A stretch of DNA of 40,411 bases. It comes from an uncultured Gammaproteobacteria bacterium. GTDB taxonomy: Bacteria > Patescibacteriota > Microgenomatia > UBA8517. Each line of letters opens with the position of its first letter. The stretch's first letter is position 1. Of the stretch, positions 33,205 to 40,411 are shown piece after piece. The stretch spans positions 1,299 to 41,709 of the forward strand of contig CAZTGB010000004.1 of the NCBI GenBank assembly GCA_964612965.1. The letters run 5' to 3'. Below the pieces are notes generated by a model. That model saw nothing but the letters and a program-made list of their open reading frames with translations, ran no database searches and was not told the origin of the DNA. Made by a program: the position numbers and the translations under genes.

Positions 33205-34308
33205 CTAGCTTTTTGCAAGTTGAGCCTCCCTATAAACCTCCAAAGTCATTTTTGCGGTTTTTTCCCAACTAAAATCCTGTATTCTCCTAAGTCCCTTTGG
33301 AATGAATGTTTTTGGTGCCACCATGGCCTTTTTAATGCCTTCAGCAATAGAAGTCACATCATATGGATCAACCAAGATGGCCGCGTCTCCTGCCACTTCA
33401 CTAAGGCTGGAGATGTTTGAGGTAACCACCGGACATTCGCAGGAAAAAGCTTCCAAAATAGGAAGCCCAAATCCTTCATAGAGAGATGGGTAAACTAGTG
33501 CCTTAGCTCCTGAATAAAAAATACTTAACTCCTCTGTTTTAACGTGCCCCGCAATTCTTATATTCCTTCCTTCAGAAACGCTTATGTATTTAGACGACCC
33601 TATAAAGACAAGCTTCAAGTCGCGCCCATATCTTGCCTTTTCAAAGGCATCAATAATGCGCTGAGTATTTTTCCTTGGGTTCATCCCAACCGCCAATACA
33701 TAATCTCCCGCTATTTTATATTTTCGCTTTAAGGCAACTACCTCCTCTTCCGATGCCTTCTTAAAATTTCCAGAGACCGCTTCAGGAATTACTCTGATAA
33801 TATTCTCAGGAAGGCCAAGCTTTACCAGGTCCTCTTTAGTTGAGTAAGAAGGAACTATTACCCTTTTACTTTCTTTCCTTACCCAGGAAAGCCTAAGTCT
33901 GTGAGTATCTACTATATTTCTAATAAGGTCTCTAGGAAAAAGATTGGGATAAAGAAGTGGTGCTAAATCATGAACTGTCGTAACTTTGTAAGAAGTGCTT
34001 GGAGCCTCTGCCCAGTCAGAAGTGTGGAATACATCAATAGGCCCAATTAGCTTCTCGATAGGTAAGACGTGAAGATTGTTCCACAACAAGCTAAGAATGA
34101 TTGGCGGAAGAGGAAGAATCTTTAACTCAAAATTCCCCTGTAGTGTGCTTGTAAACTTTTCAATGTCAGCCCTTCTTCTTAAAGATCCGGCAAAAAGCAC
34201 ATACTTATTATCCTTATCAGTTTTTAAAAGATTGGTAACAAGATTTCTCACATAATGGGAAACTCCTGTTTCATATACTATTTGGCTTATATCAATTCCA
34301 ACACGCAT
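33205..34308 (-). CDS. Glycosyltransferase family 4 (GT-B)
   Basis: EGFGLPILEAFSCECPVVTSNISSLSEVAGDAA. Confidence 0.8.
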   Translation of the reverse strand: MRVGIDISQIVYETGVSHYVRNLVTNLLKTDKDNKYVLFAGSLRRRADIEKFTSTLQGNFELKILPLPPIILSLLWNNLHVLPIEKLIGPIDVFHTSDWAEAPSTSYKVTTVHDLAPLLYPNLFPRDLIRNIVDTHRLRLSWVRKESKRVIVPSYSTKEDLVKLGLPENIIRVIPEAVSGNFKKASEEEVVALKRKYKIAGDYVLAVGMNPRKNTQRIIDAFEKARYGRDLKLVFIGSSKYISVSEGRNIRIAGHVKTEELSIFYSGAKALVYPSLYEGFGLPILEAFSCECPVVTSNISSLSEVAGDAAILVDPYDVTSIAEGIKKAMVAPKTFIPKGLRRIQDFSWEKTAKMTLEVYREAQLAKS

Positions 34309-34331
34309 AATTTTAATTCATATAAAAGCGG

Positions 34332-34345
34332 CAAGCTTTGCTTAT
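34332..34345 (-). repeat. Stop-proximal hairpin motif ATAAGC-AAA-GCTTGC (copy d)
   Basis: Plus strand caagctttgcttat, 2 nt downstream of the stop at 34348-34350. Confidence 0.6.
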
Positions 34346-34347
34346 TC

Positions 34348-35688
34348 TCATTTTTTAATCATTATTTCTATTTCTTCAACCTTATTTACAACTTTGTAAT
34401 TGCTATCTATATGATCAGCAATTTTAGGCATATAATCAGAAAGCTTCATATCCTCAACCTCAGCTGTTAAGTCTCTTATAACCACACCTGGCGGGTCATT
34501 AACTATACCATCTAGAATTCTATTTTCAGCTTCAATCATAAACCAAGGAAACTGAAAAACAAAGACGTTTCCTGGAGGCAATCTATCAGCAAGATAGTAG
34601 ATATGTGGCAGGGTACCTAATGTAAATATTTTTTCACCCGGCTTAGAATACTTTTGCACCTCTTCCACTACACCTTTTTCAGCAGAGCTAAAGAAAAAGA
34701 TCTTGTCCCCCCAATGGCCTTTATAGAATTGGGATAATAGAAATATAGAAGCCAAAACATAGGCAACTATTAAAAGTTTTAGATACCTTCTCTTGATTAA
34801 CCAGCCGGCAGAAATAGCGCTCAATAATGCTATAAACGGGAGACTTGGTTGTAAATGAATAAAATCAAACCGGGCATAAATACTTGCCAAAGATCCTACT
34901 AAAAATAGTCCAATAAGCAGTGTGTCTGCCTTTAATTTCTTATCGATAAATGCGAATGCCGAGAACCCATACACTCCCACCACCCTTGCCCATTCGCTCA
35001 AAGTTCCATATTTCCTTCCCATTTCGGCAAAGGTAGTCATATTGAAAGCAATTGTCCAGTAAATAAAGTCCTTCCAAATTCCTAAGTTGGTTATGTATAA
35101 AGCTAAAAGTGATGTTGGAATAAGTACTCCTAGCCCAAAAGAAAATATTGTTTTAAATTTCTTTTCCTTAAAAATAAGATAAAGACCCACTATTGCTGCC
35201 AAGGGCAATATTACCTGTTTAAAAAGAAGTGCCAGTCCCAAAAAGATTCCTGACCAAAACATCTTTTTTGACTTTAAGAAATAGAGTGAGGTTAAGGTTA
35301 ATATAGGAAGAAAAGAATCAATCCAGACTACCCAACCTTCAAAAAATGGTTGCCAAAGAGCAAAAAAGATATTGGCAAAAATCGCTTTTTTATTCCCTAA
35401 AAATTTTTTTGCAACCAAATATAAAATAACATGTGTAAAAACCACTATTCCATATTGCCAAATACGAGCAACATCTGGAGTCGTCATTCCGAAGCTTCCC
35501 AGATTGATAGGAAAAAACATTAGTCCTGGAAAATGCTGATCAAGAATATCGCGATATGGAACTAGTCCATGATTAGTCAGATATGGATAAATGAAAAGTT
35601 CAGGATACGGAAGAAAATTAAGTTTGCTTAAAACCAAAACATTAACCAAAATTATTAATATTAATAGAATCATTTTTGTTTCTCCCAA
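34348..35688 (-). CDS. Polytopic membrane protein, probable GT-C-fold glycosyltransferase
   Basis: About 10 TM followed by a soluble C-terminal domain. First-loop PYRDILDQHFPG resembles GT-C acidic loop motifs. Family not firmly recognised. Confidence 0.4.
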   Translation of the reverse strand: MGETKMILLILIILVNVLVLSKLNFLPYPELFIYPYLTNHGLVPYRDILDQHFPGLMFFPINLGSFGMTTPDVARIWQYGIVVFTHVILYLVAKKFLGNKKAIFANIFFALWQPFFEGWVVWIDSFLPILTLTSLYFLKSKKMFWSGIFLGLALLFKQVILPLAAIVGLYLIFKEKKFKTIFSFGLGVLIPTSLLALYITNLGIWKDFIYWTIAFNMTTFAEMGRKYGTLSEWARVVGVYGFSAFAFIDKKLKADTLLIGLFLVGSLASIYARFDFIHLQPSLPFIALLSAISAGWLIKRRYLKLLIVAYVLASIFLLSQFYKGHWGDKIFFFSSAEKGVVEEVQKYSKPGEKIFTLGTLPHIYYLADRLPPGNVFVFQFPWFMIEAENRILDGIVNDPPGVVIRDLTAEVEDMKLSDYMPKIADHIDSNYKVVNKVEEIEIMIKK

Positions 35689-36443
35689 GCTTTAATCCAA
35701 ATTTCCAAGTGGTAAATAGCCATAAGGTAAGAAAGAACAAATCCTCTCCATCCATCTAAAAAACCCAATCTATACAAGTATCTAACGCAAAAATTATAAA
35801 TAGGATCCCAAATAAATCTCGCTAAGGAAAATTTTTTAGCATGAAGCGCCAAGCTTTGCTTTTGCTGAAAGCTCAAGCTTTGCTTACCCGCATCAAGTTC
35901 TGAATATTTATTCATCATTGTTAAAAATTCTGAAACAGTTTCATACTGATGATGAATCTTTGGGTTTTTAAGCTTTCCAATTCTTCCGTGGACACTAAGT
36001 TCCTCATGAACATCCCCCACCCATTCTCCCATTCCCCTCTTCCAGAGCCATACATGCCTATCAAATTCTGGCTGCCATCGAGTGTACTTAATAAATTTTC
36101 CAAGAATGATGTTTCTCCTTGGCATCGAATAGGCACTATATATAGTACTGTTTACTGCCTGACGTATCTCTGAGGCCAGCTCACTCGTTATTTCTTCGTC
36201 CCCGTCGATGGAAAGTATCCAATCTCCCCCCACCTTTTCAGTCGCAAAGTTTTTCTGATTTGCATAATTATCAAAATCTCTCACAAACACTTTGGCTCCA
36301 AACTTCCTAGCTATTTCGATGGTTCCATCAATACTTCCAGAATCAACAACTACAATTTCATCGGTGATATCTTTTACAGATTCCAAACACTTAGCTAAGT
36401 GTTTTTCTTCGTTAAGAGTGATTATGACTACAGAGAGTTTCAT
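35670..36443 (-). CDS. Glycosyltransferase family 2 (GT-A)
   Basis: LSVVIITLNEEKHL, VVDSGSIDGT, IDGDE. Confidence 0.8.
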   Translation of the reverse strand: MKLSVVIITLNEEKHLAKCLESVKDITDEIVVVDSGSIDGTIEIARKFGAKVFVRDFDNYANQKNFATEKVGGDWILSIDGDEEITSELASEIRQAVNSTIYSAYSMPRRNIILGKFIKYTRWQPEFDRHVWLWKRGMGEWVGDVHEELSVHGRIGKLKNPKIHHQYETVSEFLTMMNKYSELDAGKQSLSFQQKQSLALHAKKFSLARFIWDPIYNFCVRYLYRLGFLDGWRGFVLSYLMAIYHLEIWIKAWEKQK

Positions 36444-37330
36444 ATGAGTTCGTTTTTCAATCGTAGACTTCTAAATAGTTCCTTATATTTTATTCTAATT
36501 TTATCCCAAGAGAAATTCTCTGCTTGTTTTCTTGGAACATTCTTCCAATTTGTCCTCAACGCTTTCTCAATTGCGACTGCGAGACCCTGGACATTTTCAG
36601 GGTCATCTACAAAAACTCCAGCATTTCCTACTATCTCGCGTCTAACAGGATCATTAATTGTAACTATTGGCAGATTTGAAGCCATTGCTTCCAAGAAAAC
36701 TAGTCCAAAAGCCTCCCAAGGTTGAGGTACAAAACAAAAAACATCTGCACTCTTATAAATACCAGGCATTTCTTCAAATGAAGCTTCAATTGGGTTGCCT
36801 TTTCCAACTGCTATAAATTTAGCTTGTGGAATAAGCCCAACTGCTTTTTCAACAAGATTAACTCTTTTGTTTGGGTCATTGGCGGCAACACAAAGAATTA
36901 TCTTCTTGTTTGGTTTAACTCTTGCTGGAGTAAATCTCCCTAAATCAATAGCATGGGGAATTAAAACGATTTTTGTCCAAGGGAGTTTAAATCTTTCTGC
37001 CCACTCTTTCTGATGAGTAGAAAATGCAACAAAGACATCAGGAGAACAAAGTAAATTCCACTTATCATCAGCCCCCGGCCCTGAATGCCCAAAAACAATC
37101 ATGGGTTTTCTGTAAATCCAAGTTAAAAGTCTACAAAAGAATACTTGTGACCTACCATTGGTTGGAATAATTACATCACCCTTAATCCATCTAGAGAAAT
37201 CGTTAAAAATTTTTGAAAATATATTAACTTCAAAACTTTTGTTTAATTCTTTTTTCAAAGATTTAGACCAAAATTCCGATCCGCGTAAATTGATGTCGGA
37301 ATAAACATTTAAAATTGAAATTCTATTCAT
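36440..37330 (-). CDS. Short GT-B glycosyltransferase (GT4-like)
   Basis: EAFGLVFLEAMASNLPIVTINDPVRREIVGNAG. Confidence 0.65.
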   Translation of the reverse strand: MNRISILNVYSDINLRGSEFWSKSLKKELNKSFEVNIFSKIFNDFSRWIKGDVIIPTNGRSQVFFCRLLTWIYRKPMIVFGHSGPGADDKWNLLCSPDVFVAFSTHQKEWAERFKLPWTKIVLIPHAIDLGRFTPARVKPNKKIILCVAANDPNKRVNLVEKAVGLIPQAKFIAVGKGNPIEASFEEMPGIYKSADVFCFVPQPWEAFGLVFLEAMASNLPIVTINDPVRREIVGNAGVFVDDPENVQGLAVAIEKALRTNWKNVPRKQAENFSWDKIRIKYKELFRSLRLKNELI

Positions 37331-37340
37331 GATATTCTAA

Positions 37341-37354
37341 CAAGCTCCGCTTAT
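37341..37354 (-). repeat. Stop-proximal hairpin motif ATAAGC-GGA-GCTTGT (copy b, loop variant)
   Basis: Plus strand caagctccgcttat, 1 nt downstream of the stop at 37356-37358. Part of a 29-nt near-duplicate of 6358-6386. Confidence 0.6.
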
Positions 37355-37355
37355 A

Positions 37356-38060
37356 TTAATCACTGAATCTATATTTAATTAAAGTCCACAGAGCCAAAAA
37401 TCCGTCACGCCAAGTAATCTTCTTTCCCTCATCGTATCCCCTAGGGCTTACCTTTATAGGTACTTCATATATTTTATATCCAGCTTTTAAAATCTTTGCA
37501 GTTATTTCTGGTTCAAATTCAAACCTATTTGATTTGATATCGATATTCTTAACGATTTCCTTCTTAAAGACTTTATAGCAAGTCTCCATGTCGGTAATCT
37601 TACTTCCATACAGAATTCTTGTCGCAAAACTTAAAAATTTATTTCCTAAAAAATGTGTCAAAAAGGGAGTATGTTTCTTTCCAAATATCCTAATTGGGAA
37701 ATTTTTAAGTCTTGTTCCGTACACTACATTAAATTTGCCATCAAGAATTGGCTTAAGAAGCCTAGGGTAATCCGCTGGATCATATTCGAGATCAGCATCT
37801 TGAATAATAATAAAATCTCCAGTTGCCTTTTGTATCCCCGTCTTAATTGCAGCACCCTTACCTCTGTTCTTTTTATGTTCTAAAAGTCTAATATAATTAA
37901 TTTCTTTTAAGATGTTTGCACTACTGTCGGTTGAGCTGTCATCCACTACTAGTATTTCTCTGGTCAATTTATGTGGAAGCTTTACATTCTTAACCTTTGT
38001 AAGTATTTCCCTAACGGTTCTTTCTTCATTAAATACTGGAATGATAACTGAGAGTTTCAT
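37356..38060 (-). CDS. Polyprenyl-phosphate sugar synthase (GT2, DPM1/GtrB/ArnC-like)
   Basis: [45 protein letters not shown]. Confidence 0.8.
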   Translation of the reverse strand: MKLSVIIPVFNEERTVREILTKVKNVKLPHKLTREILVVDDSSTDSSANILKEINYIRLLEHKKNRGKGAAIKTGIQKATGDFIIIQDADLEYDPADYPRLLKPILDGKFNVVYGTRLKNFPIRIFGKKHTPFLTHFLGNKFLSFATRILYGSKITDMETCYKVFKKEIVKNIDIKSNRFEFEPEITAKILKAGYKIYEVPIKVSPRGYDEGKKITWRDGFLALWTLIKYRFSD

Positions 38061-38096
38061 GATTTAATTTTCTGAAATCAATTATAATTTTAATTT

Positions 38097-38110
38097 CAAG
38101 CTTTGCTTAC
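38097..38110 (-). repeat. Stop-proximal hairpin motif GTAAGC-AAA-GCTTGA (copy c)
   Basis: Plus strand caagctttgcttac, 6 nt downstream of the stop at 38117-38119. Confidence 0.6.
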
Positions 38111-38116
38111 AATCTG

Positions 38117-38785
38117 TTATTTTTCACCAACCACAAGGACTGACAAACCAAATGCAGGGCTTACAAATTTCTCAACAAACAAAAATATCTTAGCCACCCT
38201 ATCGAACAATTTAACCTGACCTTCTGGGATTATCTTCTTCTTTAATATCTTTGCATTAAAAATCCATCCAATAAGCCCCAGCCAATTAAGATATTTACTC
38301 TCCACAATTTTGGATCCTACATTCTCAACTTTTCTTCCTGCAGAATTTCTAGTGTATCTTCTAAAATGCCCCAAGTCCCGATCCATTGCCCCGAAAGCAA
38401 ATGGGAAGGCAGGAACTAGAAGAATCAATCTTCCCCCTTTTCTCAATAAACTGTGCATGTTGCTAAGGGCTTTTTTGTCATCTTTAATATGTTCCAAAAC
38501 ATTCATACAAACAATAGTATCGAAGCTCTTTCCACTAAAAAAATACTTTCCCTTTTCAATATCTCCATAATCAGTATTTTTACGACCAGTCGACGAAATA
38601 TAATCGGTATCATAATCTATTGCAACAACCTTGCCGTACCTTGAAAGCTTCGAGGTAAAGTTTCCAATTCCAGCTCCCACCTCCAAAATATCTCCCCTTA
38701 AATGCTTTGCAATTTGACCAAGAAGCCAATTGTTATACCAAGTAGCAGTACTCATTATCTCTAGTGTTTTTTCTCCTGTTTTCAT
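38117..38785 (-). CDS. Class I SAM-dependent methyltransferase
   Basis: Motif I ILEVGAGIGNFT, CMNVLEHIKDD, GGRLILLVP. Confidence 0.8.
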   Translation of the reverse strand: MKTGEKTLEIMSTATWYNNWLLGQIAKHLRGDILEVGAGIGNFTSKLSRYGKVVAIDYDTDYISSTGRKNTDYGDIEKGKYFFSGKSFDTIVCMNVLEHIKDDKKALSNMHSLLRKGGRLILLVPAFPFAFGAMDRDLGHFRRYTRNSAGRKVENVGSKIVESKYLNWLGLIGWIFNAKILKKKIIPEGQVKLFDRVAKIFLFVEKFVSPAFGLSVLVVGEK

Positions 38786-38803
38786 TTTTATTCGCTCTTA
38801 GAT

Positions 38804-38809
38804 TATACT
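38804..38809 (+). promoter_or_regulatory. -10-like TATACT, 7 nt upstream of the asnB-like ATG, overlapping a minus-strand TATAAT (38802-38807) that faces the methyltransferase gene
   Basis: 31-bp divergent spacer reads gattatactagatccaATG. Confidence 0.35.
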
Positions 38810-38816
38810 AGATCCA

Positions 38817-40411
38817 ATGTGTGGCATAGCAGGTAAAATACGCTTTAATGGAGAGACTGTTAAGAAGGATGAACTTTCCCAAATGTCTCAGAAGATTCTT
38901 CATAGAGGTCCCGATGATGAAGGAATATTCATATCAGACGATAAAAGAGTAGGCCTTGTTAATAGAAGATTGGCAATCATAGATTTGTCAAAAAAGGGGC
39001 ATATGCCAATGTCATACAGACAAAGGTACGTAATTACATATAACGGTGAGGTTTATAACTTCCAAACCGAAAGAAAACTTTTGGAAAGAGAAGGGTACAA
39101 ATTTAACTCCAATTCAGACACGGAGGTCATATTAGCTCTTTATGATAAATATGGAGTAAAATGCCTCGAACATTTAAGAGGGATGTTTGCTTTTGCAATC
39201 TACGACAGAGTTAAAAACATAGTCTTTATTGCCAGAGATAGATTGGGTAAAAAACCCTTAAAATATTTTGCTACTCCTCAGCTTTTTATTTTTGCATCGG
39301 AACTTAAGGCAATTTTAACTCAAAAAGAAGTTAAAAAAGAGCCAGATTATTTAGCAATTCACAACTACTTAACTTTTGGGTATGTCCCAGCCCCACTAAC
39401 TGGATTTGTTGGGATTAAAAAACTTCAACCTGGTCATTATTTGTTGGTGGATGTCAAAACTGGCAATGTTCATGATGAAAAATATTGGTCTCCAGATTTT
39501 TCCGATAAGCTTTCACTCACAGAAAGTGAATGGAAAGAAAAAATACTAAGTACCCTGGAAGAGTCTACTAAACTTCGAATGATTTCAGATGTTCCCATCG
39601 GGGTTTTTCTTTCAGGTGGAGTAGACTCAAGCGCAATCACAGCAATGATGGCCAAAAACTCAAAATCCCCCATTAAAACTTTTACTATTGGGTTCAAAGA
39701 AAAAACACATGATGAAAGGCATTTCGCAAAAACGATTGCAGACATCTATCAAACCGATCATACCGAATTCATTGTCGAACCAGAGTCCATTGAGATCTTG
39801 CCTAAACTAATTAATCAGTTTGAAGAACCATACGCCAATTCAAGTTTTATCATTTCATATCTTGTCGCTAAGATGGCAAAAGAAAAAGTTACTGTAATAT
39901 TAAACGGTGATGGGGGAGATGAAAATTTTGCAGGATATGAATCAAGGCATTTTAGATTAAACAGGGACACTAAAACAGATAGTATAGGACTCCTCCTTAA
40001 TCTGGGTATCCCCTTGGCCAAAGCTTTGGGGAAAAATCAAGTGGCTAGGTTCCTAGAAAAGAGAAAGACTCCCCTAGCTGATAGATATCTTTCGTATAAC
40101 GTCTATTTTGAAAATAAGGATAAAGAAACTATCTATTCTGATTATTTCAAAAGAAGGATGTCGGAACTTGATTCGTATAACCTAGTCAGAGAAAAGTTTA
40201 AAGAATCAAATACCGCCGACCCCAGAGATCAGGCCCTCTATTACGACTTAACACAATACTTCCCAGACGACCTGCTCGTAAAATCTGATTTAAGTAGCAT
40301 GATGGTTTCTCTTGAAGGCAGATCTCCATTTGCTGATCATAAGTTGGTGGAACTTGCCTGCAAGATTCCATTTGATCTAAAGCTAAAAAATGGAATTACA
40401 AAATATATTCT
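38817..40411 (+). CDS. asnB: Asparagine synthase (glutamine-hydrolysing) family amidotransferase, partial (runs off the right edge)
   Basis: Own translation: MCGIAGKIRFNGETVKK…HRGPDDEGIF…RRLAIIDLS (Ntn Cys2 glutaminase domain) and VFLSGGVDSS PP-loop at about 39603-39632. The frame stays open to 40411. Absent from the ORF track, presumably because it has no stop. Confidence 0.9.
   Translation, partial: MCGIAGKIRFNGETVKKDELSQMSQKILHRGPDDEGIFISDDKRVGLVNRRLAIIDLSKKGHMPMSYRQRYVITYNGEVYNFQTERKLLEREGYKFNSNSDTEVILALYDKYGVKCLEHLRGMFAFAIYDRVKNIVFIARDRLGKKPLKYFATPQLFIFASELKAILTQKEVKKEPDYLAIHNYLTFGYVPAPLTGFVGIKKLQPGHYLLVDVKTGNVHDEKYWSPDFSDKLSLTESEWKEKILSTLEESTKLRMISDVPIGVFLSGGVDSSAITAMMAKNSKSPIKTFTIGFKEKTHDERHFAKTIADIYQTDHTEFIVEPESIEILPKLINQFEEPYANSSFIISYLVAKMAKEKVTVILNGDGGDENFAGYESRHFRLNRDTKTDSIGLLLNLGIPLAKALGKNQVARFLEKRKTPLADRYLSYNVYFENKDKETIYSDYFKRRMSELDSYNLVREKFKESNTADPRDQALYYDLTQYFPDDLLVKSDLSSMMVSLEGRSPFADHKLVELACKIPFDLKLKNGITKYI

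Noticed and set aside
33017-33208. Plus-strand 63-aa ORF across the 33081-33204 spacer
   Set aside because: It runs antisense through the 67-aa gene start, its promoter and the terminator hairpin. The hairpin plus U-tract and the promoter account for the sequence.
38066-38096. AT-rich imperfect palindrome tgaaatc-aattataatt-ttaatttca in the 56-nt spacer
   Set aside because: The arms are mismatched and offset and the composition is almost pure A/T, so such symmetry is expected by chance. A TATAAT inside it may simply be an internal promoter.
10497-38644. Remaining antisense ORFs from the track (10497-10793, 13804-14267, 14715-14954, 15337-15570, 17124-17375, 18611-18796, 19421-19630, 20564-20830, 21210-21443, 21827-22195, 23174-23529, 28169-28930, 29785-29973, 31736-31987, 33220-33732, 34255-34470, 35949-36173, 36399-36725, 36795-37013, 37588-37883, 38310-38644)
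   Set aside because: Each lies opposite a confidently assigned gene. The sequences are S/L/F/K-rich mirror-frame artefacts, and no start-site signals were seen.
39470-40021. Minus-strand ORFs 39470-39745 and 39815-40021
   Set aside because: They are antisense to the AsnB-like ORF, whose translation shows canonical glutaminase and PP-loop motifs in one continuous frame.
1-40411. Alternative genetic code (UGA recoding as in some CPR lineages), CRISPR arrays, transposases/IS ends, prophage or defence-system genes
   Set aside because: TGA terminates conserved proteins at the expected lengths (recO, the DUF4012-like protein, the gene ending at 34348). No regularly spaced direct repeats, terminal inverted repeats, integrase/transposase motifs or nuclease/ATPase defence signatures were seen in any frame.

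Overview
AT-rich, very gene-dense bacterial chromosome segment. Almost everything is on the minus strand and many genes overlap by 4-50 bp. It looks like a small-genome Patescibacteria/CPR-type organism using the standard code (inference only). There are three blocks. (1) 1-7.8 kb is a reduced dcw cluster: mraZ-rsmH-ftsL-ftsI-[histidine phosphatase]-murE-[NlpC/P60-like]. A second NlpC/P60-like paralog lies convergent to it, followed by a separately transcribed murF whose frame breaks at an A7 run at the left edge. (2) 7.8-20.2 kb holds housekeeping and envelope genes: glyQS, tspO, LCP, PIG-L deacetylase, msrB, a DEDD exonuclease, a Fur-family (Zur-like) regulated metal ABC importer translationally coupled to a YibE/F protein, recO, a small repeat protein and a 700-aa DUF4012-like membrane protein. 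(3) 20.2-40.4 kb is a ~20 kb glycan-assembly locus. It has an initiating phosphoglycosyl transferase, an NDP-sugar pyrophosphorylase, six GT4, four GT2 (one DPM1/GtrB-like), GT-C-fold enzymes, an O-antigen-ligase-like protein, acetyl- and methyltransferases and a DedA/VTT-like protein. No recognisable Wzx, ABC or GtrA translocator is present. Three items are missing from the ORF track: an AsnB-like ORF (38817 to the right edge) and two tandem 31-aa transmembrane peptides that form a mini-operon with a 67-aa membrane protein. Main non-coding observations: (a) -10-like hexamers sit 5-7 nt upstream of the ATG at most operon heads, suggesting leaderless mRNAs; (b) a recurrent stop-codon-proximal hairpin motif TAAGC-NNN-GCTTG occurs in internal operon spacers; (c) three 10-bp-phased repeats at the mraZ promoter look like MraZ boxes; (d) an 8-1-8 palindrome fills the spacer of a TTGACA/TAAGAT promoter in front of zur; (e) a structured 172-nt spacer ends in a UUCG-loop terminator just before msrB. 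No tRNA, rRNA, CRISPR array or transposase was seen.
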